Counted from the stretch's first letter, positions 11,651 to 23,064 are shown. The stretch: 48,468 nucleotides of DNA from Octopus bimaculoides (GCF_001194135.2 NC_069004.1:9521739-9570206); one strand, 5' to 3'. The notes: generated by a model not told the origin, from the sequence alone. A program made the numbers and translations.

Positions 11651-12988
11651 GAATGCAAGTGCATATTCACATAAATATACACACATGTTTATAAGTTTGT
11701 CTGTTTGTATATATGTATGTATAAAGTGTGAACATGCAAAAACGTAAACTGGTGGAAACCAAAACAAAACAAAAAAAGCAAAAAACAAACTAATATGCAG
11801 ATGGATTAATGTCTCACATGATTATCTGCTTTGCTGTCGTTAAGAACGGGACAATGCATTGTGACGTTTTTGTCTTCAGATTGTAGAGTGTTTGTCATTG
11901 CTATGATGGCTACACTGAGGTTAACACGGAGGGCATAGACCACCATAAAACCGAGAAATGACATTCCAACTAAGATGTAACGGATTTGTATTTTGTCTGC
12001 AAAATAAAAAAACAGGAAGAATAGAATACACACTGGGGATCTTTCTGATTTGACGGACACCATTTTTTATTTAATGTGTTTTCTACTGAAACACTTTAAA
12101 ACTTCGTATACTTGTATATTTTGTCTTATAGAACAGAGAAAAAATTTTATATTCGAAGTTATTTCATGTTAAAAGTTGTCGTATTTCTGTAATTTCAACC
12201 AATCACTGACGTCTGTTGAGATGAAAACAATTACTGCTGTGGTTTGTCAACAACACGTTCTGGCGGTGTGATGAGATCTTTTCCCTTGAATAAAATTACT
12301 GCGCGTTTGTCCCACCACCACCACCAACATTTGGCAACCGGTGTTGGTTTGTTTATGCCTTCTTCACCCATAAGTTAGCCTTTCAGCAGAAGGGATCAAT
12401 AGAAGAAGTACCGGACTTCAAAATAAGTACTGGGGCTGATCAGNNNNNNNNNNNNNNNNNNNNNNNNNNNNNNNNNNNNNNNNNNNNNNNNNNNNNNNNN
12501 NNNNNNGAAAGAAAGAAGGAAGGAAGGAAAAAGAAGAAAAAAAAGGCGCAGGAGTGGCTGTGTGGTAAGAAGCTTGCTTCTTGACCACATGGTTCCAGGT
12601 TCAGTCCCACTGTATGGCACCTTGAGCAAGTGTCTTCTACTATAGCCTTGGGCCAACCAAAACCTTGTGAGTGAATTTGGTAGATGGAAACTAGAAGAAG
12701 CCCATCGTATATATGTATATATTTGTGTGTGTGTCTGTGTCTGTGTTTGTCCCCCCCCCCATCATCGCTTGACAACCGATGCTGGTGTGTTTACGTCCCC
12801 ATAACTTAGCGGTTCGGCAAAAAAGTCCGATACAATAAGTACTAGGCTTACAACGAATAAGTCCTGGGGTTGATTTCTTTGACTAACACCCTTTAAGGTG
12901 GTGCTCCAGCGTGGCCACAATCAAATAACTGAAACAAGTGAAAGAATAAAAGAATAAAAACGTTACCTTTCAAACTTTTAGACCCCAT
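3831..12988 (-). CDS. SLC17A5-like: SLC17-family (sialin-like) MFS organic anion transporter, 471 aa; complement(join(3831..3983,5034..5119,5890..6045,7218..7347,7948..8097,8634..8755,9090..9185,10327..10414,10786..11019,11818..11996,12967..12988))
   Basis: 11 exons sum to 1416 nt (472 codons including the stop) with matching phases. SLC17 motifs: [78 protein letters not shown]. The exact paralog is not resolvable by eye. Confidence 0.93.
4035..4228 (-). mobile_element. SINE family B (Deu/Nin-like core); further minus copies at 1-70, 95-290, 3092-3390 and 8375-8560
   Basis: CTTTGCCTTTCATCC..GGG.TCGATAAAATAAGTACCAG core. Confidence 0.85.
5034..5119 (-). CDS. SLC17A5-like: SLC17 exon 10 ([28 protein letters not shown])
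   Basis: 86 nt, AG/GT flanks. Confidence 0.95.
5309..5696 (+). mobile_element. SINE family A, near full length
   Basis: tRNA-like head with A/B boxes, CCTTGGGCAAGT core, internal TA/TG/polyC spacer, GACTGAAACAAGTAAAAGAG tail. Confidence 0.9.
5890..6045 (-). CDS. SLC17A5-like: SLC17 exon 9 ([52 protein letters not shown])
   Basis: 156 nt, phase 1-1, NHLDIAP motif. Confidence 0.95.
6105..6478. repeat. Unclassified interspersed repeat; the segment at 8204-8330 appears to continue it (shared ATTCTAACT)
   Basis: Non-AT-rich block ending at an (AAT)n tract; class not established. Confidence 0.4.
7218..7347 (-). CDS. SLC17A5-like: SLC17 exon 8 ([44 protein letters not shown])
   Basis: 130 nt, AG/GT flanks. 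Confidence 0.95.
7948..8097 (-). CDS. SLC17A5-like: SLC17 exon 7 ([50 protein letters not shown]), ends at a GC donor
   Basis: 150 nt; TAG acceptor; CAG|GCAAGC donor required by homology and phase. Confidence 0.9.
8634..8755 (-). CDS. SLC17A5-like: SLC17 exon 6 ([40 protein letters not shown])
   Basis: 122 nt; SP..HP.IS..E..YI motif; AG/GT flanks. Confidence 0.95.
9090..9185 (-). CDS. SLC17A5-like: SLC17 exon 5 ([32 protein letters not shown])
   Basis: 96 nt, phase 1-1, AG/GT flanks. Confidence 0.95.
10019..10257 (-). mobile_element. SINE family B, young full-length copy (GCCCCTTGTGGGCAATAAAGAAATA tail type)
   Basis: GGCGGCGAGCTGGCAGAATCGTTAGCACG head, CpGs intact. Confidence 0.9.
10327..10414 (-). 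CDS. SLC17A5-like: SLC17 exon 4 ([30 protein letters not shown])
   Basis: 88 nt, AG/GT flanks, family motif. Confidence 0.95.
10786..11019 (-). CDS. SLC17A5-like: SLC17 exon 3 ([26 protein letters not shown]...IRVAQGFFE)
   Basis: 234 nt, phase 0-0, AG/GT flanks. Confidence 0.95.
11818..11996 (-). CDS. SLC17A5-like: SLC17 exon 2 ([34 protein letters not shown]...DNH)
   Basis: TM1 motif; TTTTGCAG acceptor, CAT|GTGAGA donor. Confidence 0.93.
12545..12958 (+). mobile_element. SINE family A, full length
   Basis: Same consensus; tail ends about 8 nt from the SLC17 exon 1 donor. Confidence 0.9.
12967..12988 (-). CDS. SLC17A5-like: SLC17 coding exon 1 (MGSKSLK, phase 1); the whole exon probably spans 12967..13027
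   Basis: TTTCAG acceptor at 13028-29, CCGCCATGG Kozak context, AAAG|GTAACG donor; phase fits exon 2. Confidence 0.75.
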
Positions 12989-13104
12989 GGCGGAAGGTTG
13001 AGAAGGAGAACTCAGTATGTTCTGGATCTGAAATGGCGTAAATAAAATAACATATAAAAAAATATCAATAAATGAGGAAATAATCCGTTCTACTAAAGGC
13101 ACAA

Positions 13105-13515
13105 CGCCTGAAATTTGTATTGATTGGTATTTAGGCAGTGTATTACATATCTCAGGGACCCAATAATTACAGGTATAAACTTGAATTTGTAATCTGGTTA
13201 GAAGTAACTGCAGATTTCTCAATAGTTCAACATGGTTGTTTTCTTTTTCACTGATCTATGTTAACATCCGCTGGGCAGCTAATTTCCACAACTGTACACA
13301 GTTTCTCTTCTTCATCCCAAATCATTATATCAGGTCTGTTGTGTTTACATTTTATTGGGGTTGTCACTGCTACATTCCACCAGCATTCCTTTTTATTATG
13401 AGTGGCTATGGCTTCTACCATATCATGGGTTCTTATTTCCTTTTCCTCGGGATTATCCTTCTGACGGATTTCGTTATAGAGTGTCCTAGCTACAACATCA
13501 TTTTCGAACAGCTGC
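13105..13515 (-). mobile_element. Frameshifted restriction-like endonuclease domain of an R4/Dong-type non-LTR retrotransposon
   Basis: ENDVVARTLY..WWNVAVTT..CKHNRPDIMIWD..CTVVEISCPADVNI, then in shifted frames EKENN..LLRNLQ and PDYKFKFIPVIIG (PD-D/ExK pattern). Confidence 0.85.
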
Positions 13516-14384
13516 TTGTGTGTGTATGTATGTATGTATGAATAAGATTTGTCGTAGAAATGGGGGAGAGGCAAACCAAATGAAAGAAAAACAAAAAAAA
13601 AGCGAAAAACCAGATTAAGAGAAGTGAAGGAGAAAGAAAGAAAGAAAGAAAGAAAGGGAAAAGAAGAGAAGGGAAAAGAAAAGAAAAAGACTGAAAAAAG
13701 TTGTTAGAAGAGTTTGGAAAGAAGTAAAAAAGAAAGAAATTTTAAGAATGGAAGAAATTGCCAGACTTACCAAAACTGATTTCTGAAAATTGATTCTCTG
13801 TTCTGTTGTTGTTGTTGTTGTTGTCACTTGACGCTTTGGTTTTTGTTAACGTTGTAGCAAGGTAGCCTTAGATTTGTTGTTGATATTGTTCATACATTCT
13901 GTTGCCCTCTATAATCATGTATGTGTGTGTGTGTGTGTGTGTGTGTTTGTGTACATGTATGATGAGTCTATGGCAGGTGACAGCTTTAAGGGCGAATGAA
14001 AGGAGTGAGTGCGTTTGAGTGAGACTCCAGTGTGTGTGTAGATGCAACAAGTGAAGTGTTCTGAGTGACCACAATGTAAGCCACAACGTTATCCTGTCTT
14101 ATCTCTTGCACTTTGGTCTGAAGATGAAAATATAAGTGTATCAGTTAAGATTTGAACATATAACTGAGATAACACATGAATACACAAATACACGTAGAAT
14201 ACATACATAATACCTACATAAACACACACACACACATATATATACGAACATGTAACTATAAGTGTGTATGCATGAATGTACATATACACACATACATATA
14301 TAATGAAAGAAAACAGAGACTAATGAATCCAGGCAAATACTTCAGAAGCACTCTTTAGAGATGAAACCTCCCTAACTAAATTGT

Positions 14385-14770
14385 TTGTTGTTGGCACTCC
14401 ATCGCTTTCGACGTCGAGGGTTCCAGTTGATCCGATCAACGGAACAGCCTGCTTGTGAAATTAACGTGCAAGTGGCTGAGCACTCCACAGACACGTGTAC
14501 CCTTAACGTAGTTCTCGGGGAGATTCGGCGTGACACAGTGTGACAAGGCTGACCCTTTGAATTACAGGCACAACAGAAACAGGAAGTAAGAGTGAGAGAA
14601 AGTTGTGGTGGAAGAGTACAGCAGGGTTCGCCACCATCCCCTGCCGGAGCCTCGTGGAGCTTTAGGTGTTTTCGCTCAATAAACACTCACAACGCCCGGT
14701 CTGGGAATCGAAACCGCGATCCCATGACCGCGAGTCCGCTGCCCTAACCACTGAGCCATTGCGCCTCCAC
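14385..14770 (-). mobile_element. SINE family C, full length, (CAA)n tail
   Basis: GGAGGCGCAATGGCTCAGTGGTTAG head, GGTTTCGATTCC B box; very similar to 18935-19309. Confidence 0.9.
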
Positions 14771-14952
14771 GTAAGGGAGGTAAATATAAGTAAAAATAAT
14801 CACAAAATTTTACAGAGTTTTTTCCCTTTGACTATCTATGCTAATTTCCGTTTTCAAAGTTCATTGATGACTATTTATCGAAATGTTTATTAGTTACAGG
14901 GGCAATGTTAATACTGAGAGATAGTCATTATCGCGCGGATAGCTGTGAGAAA

Positions 14953-14970
14953 CCCTAACCCTAACCCTAA
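14953..14970 (-). repeat. (TTAGGG)3 interstitial telomere-type repeat
   Basis: CCCTAA x3 on the plus strand. Confidence 0.9.
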
Positions 14971-15265
14971 CACCCTAGTGAAGATCGTACGAGTGTTACC
15001 ATATTTTCAACGCCGAAGATAACGATTTTGTTCCCAAAATACCTAAAACCTTCTCCTCTACTTCCCATGTTTTGCTTTAAACTAGTTCGAAAATTTTGTT
15101 TAATCATTTATGCATAATACCACCTGAAGGTAAATGGAAATTACGATGATTTTGAAAAAAAAGTTTTAACTCCTCCTCGCTATTCAAAAACTTACACGCC
15201 CCCCGATTCCACCGCACTTTCCCCAGACTTAATATTCCGGATGTTTTTAAATTTGGCCACGCATT

Positions 15266-15277
15266 TGCGCATGCGCA
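15266..15277. promoter_or_regulatory. Perfect NRF1/ewg-type palindrome TGCGCATGCGCA; candidate SLC17 promoter element
   Basis: Exact 12-bp consensus, about 70 nt upstream (minus sense) of a GTAAGT donor at 15190-15195. Confidence 0.5.
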
Positions 15278-16907
15278 TATGTAGCTGTTTTTTTTTTTTT
15301 TTTCAGCCATCTGACGAGACGAGAATGGCATCACTGTGGTCGTTTCGCACGCTAAAAATGTACTTAAAACTCTTAAATATATACACATATAAACACATGC
15401 ATGCATACATACATACATACATACATACATACATTCATACATATATTATATACATTCTTCTTCTTCTTCTTCTTCTTCTTCTTCTTCTTCTTCTTCTCCA
15501 TTGACCAATAGGAGTCATTAGTTGACGACGACGCAATCAGATTTCACCACTTCTCTCGGTTTTCCGCGGACCTCTGTGAGTCGGTAACCCGGGTTTTGGT
15601 CAAGTTTTCATCATTATGAATGCATCATATGCAAGATGGCACGGTGCCCCCCATCATTCCTGTTATCCACAACCGTATGCCACTACCCGAGACATTCCTT
15701 GATCCCCGAAACCTTAGCCGTTGACCAGAGCAGGGTCTTTCCCAATTGTCAGTCACTTCTTGGGGAAACTCAACTCGGAGTCTTTCACCTACCGGTGCAG
15801 TGTTAACACCATCCCTCACTTCGTTTAGTCCACCAGCTAAAGTGAGGGCACTAGGGGGTGATGCCTGCTATGAGCCATCAAGTAACAGATTAGGGGTTGA
15901 ATGAAGACAAGCGAAGCCTGTCCACCTGACCGCCCTCGGCAAGGTGCAACTGCCAAACACCAAAGGTACTACTCCATTACAATAACTACGATGATAGCAG
16001 TAGTATACTATTATCATCACCACTACTACAACTACTACTACTAATAATAATAATAATAATAACAATAATAATAATAATTGATTCTTGTTTTATTGGCGAC
16101 AAGGGCTAATATAAATTAAAAACGTAAGGACAAAGACAGGACGAAGGTTACAAAGGGTTTTGTCCGAAAAGAAAACGTTCGTGTAAACTATGGAAAAACA
16201 GAGAAAGATATAACAAATAAAACTCCTAAATAATAATAATAATAATAATAATAATACGAGTGTCAAATAGAAAATAGCTGAATGCAGCGTTATACAATGT
16301 AGTCTAAAACTCATCAACAATTACAAGGAAACACTCGCTATATGATATAATCGTTAAAAGGACTGGATATCACACCCAAAATGTACTCAATCAATTTTGC
16401 TTGTTAAGGGCCACCTGTCATTAACAGCAACAACAACAACAAAAAAAAACGACAAAGTATTTAACGACGTAGGAGCCAGCATGACAGGGAAATACTTAAC
16501 ATTTTAGAGAAAGCCTGGTATTCTTTCTTCATTGAAGATTGATACCATCTGGAAATTTCTATATTTTCTTTTATGACAATATACAAACAAACAACCTGTC
16601 TATATTTTAAATGATTTCTATATTTTTCATATTTTGTTTCTAATTACTTCTGTTATAGACGTACAACATAAAACTAGTGACAAGCTGAATGCAAAACTAA
16701 ACATATTTTCACATCAACATACACATATTTACACCCCCTCACACACACGCGCGTTCATATTGTAGTATATGGACATATGCATACGTACTAAATAATTGGT
16801 AAATATATTGTACAGCATACTGAAATTACGTACGTACGTACATACATACATACAAACACATACATACATACACACATACGTACATACATACATACATTAT
16901 ATACATA

Positions 16908-17318
16908 GGCGCAGGAGTGGCTGTGTGGTAAGTAGCTTGCTTACCAACCACACGGTTCTGGGTTCAGTCCCACGGCGTGGCATCTTGGGCAAGTGTCTTC
17001 TACTATAGCCTCGGGCCGACCAAAGCCTTGTGAGTGGATTTGGTAGACGGAAACTGAAAGAAGCCCGTCGTATATATGTATATATATATATATATGTATG
17101 TGTGTTTGTGTGTCTGTGTTTGTCTCCTCCAACTTCGCTTGACAACCGATGCTGGTGTATTTACGTCCCCGTAACTTAGCGGTTCGGCAAAAGTAAAACC
17201 GATAGAATAAGTACTAGGCTTACAAAGAATAAGTCCTGGGGTCGATTTTGCTCGACTAAAGGCGGTGCTCCAGCACGGTCACCGTCAAAAGACTGAAACA
17301 AGTAAAAGAGTAAACGAG
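16908..17318 (+). mobile_element. SINE family A, full length
   Basis: Same consensus, CpGs largely intact. Confidence 0.9.
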
Positions 17319-17776
17319 TATGTATGTAGGTATGTTTGTGTGCGTGTGTGTGGAGAGAGAGAAAGAGAGAAATAGGACATATATATACCCATCGATCATC
17401 CGTTGTAATCCAATACTGCTTTGAAATGAACGTACGGTGAAACTTTGCTTCTCTTGTTTATACTTCGGCTTCTGTTGTTATCATTAATCACGGGTTTGAT
17501 TGTCTCTGTGCCAGTCAACTAACCGAGACCATGAACTGACGTTCGAACTAAAACTTATGCGGAGTAATAATCCACCCTCACCCACAACCATCTCTGTGCA
17601 TTGGTTTCTCCAGCTCTTTGTCTGTTTGTCTTTCTCAGTGTTTATAATGTTGGCAGTGGTCTTTAAAAACACCCATTAAGTTGTTTCTTTTGTGAAGTAC
17701 TTTGTTTTTATTTGAGTAAAACGATGCGAGGTGAAATAATTATCGGGTGTGAAAGCTTTCTGTAGGAAATTACCTC

Positions 17777-17813
<37 letters not shown>

Positions 17814-17830
17814 AACTCACTATCTATCCA

Positions 17831-17983
17831 CTCTTATTCCGTTACTTGTTTCAGTCATTTGACTGCGGCCTTGCTGGAGCACCGCCTTTAGTCGAAGAAA
17901 TCGACCCCAAGACTTATTCTTTGTAAGGCTAGTACTTATTCTATCGGTCTTTTTTGCTGAACGGCTAAGTTACAGAGACGAAG
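17831..17983 (-). mobile_element. SINE family A, 3' half
   Basis: Reverse complement of the family A tail. Confidence 0.85.
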
Positions 17984-18934
17984 ATGGCGGGGTTACAGTC
18001 AGTGTACGGGGTAGTCGGTACCATTATAAGGTATGGGCACTCAGGGCAGGTGTCCGGGTGCCTCACAAGTCTAAGGACCCAATTCTGATCTATGTATGTT
18101 GTTGCTTACTATAAATAAATAAAAGCTATAGAATCCAGAACATTGATTTGTCTGTGGGGGTAGAAGGTTCTTGGGACCCAATTCTGAACTATGTATATAC
18201 ATACATACATACAGTCATCCATCCATACATACATACATACTTCCATACGCACGTACATGCATTTATACATATGCTTATACACATACATACATACATACAT
18301 ACATACATACATACATACATACATACATACATGCATGCATGGTTGTCAATTTGTCGACGAGTATGACGACCACTGACAAATTATCTTATCCTCGATGTTA
18401 AGGAAAACAGCTGTCGGCAATTCCTATGCTGAAATTTAAAGTCAATAACAGCTTCTGCCAAACCGATAAGACTCTCACCTACAAAATAGCTGAGAAACAA
18501 ACAAGAGCAAGATCAGTAGCTGTTATTTCGGAATTTCATTCTCCTGGCGAGTGTCAAAACGAAAACTAAGAATCTCTCACTGCTATCAGTTGGATGGTCA
18601 TTGACTCGAGTTTATTCGTCCTTTGAGATAATTTACTTTTCTGCACTGCCTAACGAAAACCACCCTTCTTGACAGGGTGGCCAGTTTAGTCACTGACGGT
18701 CTGACTATACTGGGCTTCATGTTACCAGTAGCACTAAGAGTGACTTAACATACATTTATACGGTGGGCTTCCGTGCAGTTTCCATCTACCAAATTTCACT
18801 CATAAAACATTGATCGGACCAAGGAGATCGTAGAATTCATTTACCCATAATGTCGCGTCGTATGACCGAACCTAAAAGCATGAGATTGCGATGCGAACTT
18901 TTTTCAGAAAACAGCCACTTCTACGTCTTTAATT

Positions 18935-19309
18935 GTTGTTGTTGGCACTCCGTCGCTTACGACGTCGACGATTCCAGTTGATCCGATCAACGGAACAGCC
19001 TGCTCGTGAAATTAACGTGCAAGTGGCTGAGCACTCCACAGACACGTGTACCCTTAACGTAGTTCTCGGGGATATTCAGTGTGACAAGGCTGACCCTTTG
19101 AATTACAGGCACAACAGAAAGAATAAGTAAGAGTGAGAGAAAGTTGTGGTGAAAGAGTACAAGAGGGTTCGCCACCATCCCCTGCCGGAGCCTCGTGGAG
19201 CTTTAGGTGTTTTCGCACAATAAACACTCACAACGCCCGGTCTGGGAATCGAAACCGCGATCCTATGACCGCGAGTCTGTTGCTCTAACCACTGGGCCAT
19301 TGCGCCTCC
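18935..19309 (-). mobile_element. SINE family C, full length, with 12-bp TSD
   Basis: ACGTCTTTAATT at 18923-34 and 19310-21. Confidence 0.92.
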
Positions 19310-19546
19310 ACGTCTTTAATTATATTATTCAAAATCCACAGGATACAGTTTGAGAAAGTAATCCTGTAGTGATATTGCGAAAATATAGAAGATTGTTTTA
19401 CCAGCTGTATTTTGACATGGTAGCAATCAATAATATTTAATGCTTTGCAGCAGTTTCGCGACGATGACATAATTATGAAGTAAAGTATAACAAAGAAGCG
19501 GAGGTGGATGTGTTTAGGTCGAATAGTAATAACTAGCGGGACCCGT

Positions 19547-20115
19547 GAGTATTTCCCAGAACTTATTGGGGTGTCGGTTTAGTATGTGATCTACAGCAAC
19601 TTAAATCTAGACGTTGTGATCTACATTCAAAATTTTGTAATAAATTTGCAATTATAATTAGAAGAGTGAGTTAAACATTTAAAAAGTAAAAGAAAAATTT
19701 TATTGATATTTGTTTCATACAAGAAACATGAATATTGTGACTATTTGTGTACAACACGGATATCATTTCAAAATGCAATAAGGAGATTTTGTTCATTTGA
19801 TCTTAAAATCTTCCAACAAATGAAATATAAATGAGATTGAAATGTTTGCTATGGAACACCGCTCATTTGTTTTGAGAAGACGAATTTTAGCTTCTAGCCA
19901 CGACCGCTCAATGAATTGACCGCTAGATGAATTTTAAATGTAGATAAAAAAAGTCGGTGTAGGTTACAAACTATACCATTTGAACTAATGTTGATCACAA
20001 GCTGTACCAGAAACATGTATGTAGATCACATACTACACTTATTGTCGTTATTTCTGAAAACTTTATCCCAAAAACCTGAAAGTGTAACCTGTGTTGTGTC
20101 TGTATAAAAAGATAG
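19547..20115 (+). mobile_element. Possible non-autonomous Helitron-like element
   Basis: Starts AACTAGCGGGACCCG and ends TATAAAAAGATAG, resembling Lep1-type termini; weak evidence. Confidence 0.3.
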
Positions 20116-23064
20116 TCGCTTATCTGGTAATCATTGAAAAGTGAGGGAAATTGGAATACGATGATTACTTAATGCACTTTATCTATACACTTTATGTACT
20201 TTATGCATAATTTTATAGACTTAATACACAGCACTCTCACTCTTCGCTTTACCCTCTTTCTCTTTTTCCTTTCGCTCTTCGTCTTTCCCTTCACTCAATC
20301 AGGTGAAAGCGTTACTGACGGGCTAAGTAACGGAGGAAAAATCTTAGTTAAAAAAAAAATACACATTTCACTTACCACCACCTCTCTCCCCATCCCCTGT
20401 CTCCACTCCCCATCTCCCCTTCCTTTCCCTTACCTCATCTCAACTGCGTCCCCCCACTCCAGCAACCTCCATCCCTTCCCCTTCAACTAATTCCGCGGAA
20501 GCGTATCGGACGGGCAAAGCAACGGAGGAACATGCAGAAATATTATAAGATTAGCCGACTCAGCGGAAGAAGACTCTACGGCTGCGTAATCGCTAGATCT
20601 GGTAGAAGTAGCAGCGAAATCTCCCTCAAATCACATCTCTTCGCACCCTCAATTACACATACACGTTCTGTAGTCTTCGATGTTCAAAAAAGCAAAAAAA
20701 AAAAAGCAAAGAAAGAAAAATGTCAGGATATTCAAGCCAGGAATGCTTCTGATGATTTACAGGAACCGAGATTAGGAAAAATAAAGGATCTCTCACCCCA
20801 AGTTTATGTTCTTTGTTACAAACAGAATAGACATAAAGTTTTCGGTATCATAGAAGCCGCTTCAAATTGTACTCTTCTGCCGTAAAAAGGAACGACAGAT
20901 GATCAGATAACACCACCAAAGATACTAAAATGATTGGTGTCGCTCCTGACTGGAATGTCTTTAATGATAAAATCTGCGCAAACAAGAATGATATAATTTC
21001 GAGCACGTCAACGATGACGACTGTGGCCGATGTTACCGCTACCACCACCATCACCACTTCCACCTCCACCACCAGCAACAACAACAACAACAACAACACT
21101 GCCGCTATCGCTACCACCACCACCACTGTTTCTGGCATCACCATATTGATTGATTACGTTCTGTAAGTTGATAGAATGAATGAACGGCAATTAACTGTCA
21201 TTAATGAATATAAACGATTTAACGAATCGTTGAGAGGTAAATAGTGTTTGCATTTGAACAAATCACAATTATACAATCACCACAAAACATATAATTACAC
21301 ACTTACGCACACACACACTCTTTCTCTCTCTCTCACACTCCCCCCCACACACACACACCTCCTCCCACAAACTCTTACTCTTTCTCTCACACACACACAT
21401 GCACATACACGCACATACGCACGCACTCTCTCCCCTTCTGTCTGTCTGTCTGTCTCTCTCTCACACACACACACACATGCACATACGCACACATTCTCTC
21501 TCCCTCCCCCCCTCTCTNNNNNNNNNNNNNNNNNNNNNNNNNNNNNNNNNNNNNNNNNNNNNNNNNNNNNNNNNNNNNNNNNNNNNNNNNNNNNNNNNNN
21601 NNNNNNNNNNNNNNNNNNNNNNNNNNNNNNNNNNNNNNNNCTCCCCCCTCTCTCTCTCTCACACACACACACATGCACATACACGCACACATTCTCTCTC
21701 CCTCCCCCTCTCTCTCTCTCACACACACACACACATACACATAGACTATTATATTTACTTGGATCATAATTTTTCCAAACAAACGGACATCGCTTTCCAG
21801 TCACGTTGTTTCAGGTTCACCTCCCTGGGCCGACCTTATGAATAAATTTAGCTGACGGAAACTGTGGAAGTCTGATGTGTGTGAGCCTGTGTTTTACCCT
21901 CCTATACACTCATTGCAGCGGTCCTTCAGTTTTTCTAAGCCCTGTAAAAGAACTTGGAAGGTTGGGCCTTCAACCAGGCCTTTCGTGATACCCTTAAAGA
22001 CAGGAACTTTTCTGCAACCCCTCGTATATCTGAGTGTGTGTGTTTGTGCGTATGTGTATGCACGCGTTTGTATGTAACCAGTGACAACTCCTACAAGTAC
22101 ACATTCCAGAAACCACTTCGGCGACGACAATTTTCATTCTGTCCAAACACACACGCACGCACTCATACACACTCACACACGCACACACAGACAGACAAAA
22201 CACGCACATGAATACGTACACAGACACACCACATGCACATAGATACACACACGCACACATACCACATATACAGCCACATACCCGAACCTGCACATACGCA
22301 GAAATACACACGCAAGCATCCGCACTCACGCACGCACATACACACACACACACATTCAAATATGCATGCACACACTCACATACACTCACGCATACATAAA
22401 TACACACCCTCTCTTTCTCTCTTAGACATACACACACACACACACATACAGGCACTCACACATTCACAGTCACACACGCCCATACATTTCCTCTCGTCTC
22501 ATCTGCCATGCTTCATACGAGGACAGTAATACTTCTGTGACAGTCATGTACAATGCCCTGCACATGGTAATATATATATATATATCTCTCTCTTTCGCTC
22601 TATGTATGTCACACACACACACATACGCATATATATAACACAATCACCCCATTATAAACATTGTGCCCGCTTTCCCGACTATTGTTTCGTGTATTACATA
22701 ATATATTTCATTACTGAGGCGCAGAAGATATCCTTAACTTCCTCGCATCCTTTTCAAAAAAGACAGTGCAGAGGTAAATTTATAACTTCAATCAGTACTC
22801 TCTCTCTCTCTCTCTCTCTCTCCCTTTCTCTCGGTCTCTCTCTCTCTCTCTCTCTAACTCTCCGTGATGGATCGATTTTCTGTTCACAACTCATTTCTCC
22901 AACTGAGTGAACTGTAGCAATGTGAAATAAAGTGTCTTGCTCAAGAACACAACGCACAGCCCGTTCCAGGAATCGAGCTCACAATCTCATGATTGACGTT
23001 CTAACAACTGAGCCACACACACACACACACACACAACAACAACAACAACAATAATAATCATACT

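Noticed and set aside
12000-12063. ORF-track start [16 protein letters not shown] as the SLC17 N-terminus
   Set aside because: It runs through a polypyrimidine tract and acceptor (TTTTGCAG at 11997). A phase-compatible Kozak exon exists at 12967-12988.
12195-12215. CCAAT plus TGACGTC (CRE) motif in SLC17 intron 1
   Set aside because: It appears to sit inside an interspersed repeat, and short motifs alone are not evidence of function.
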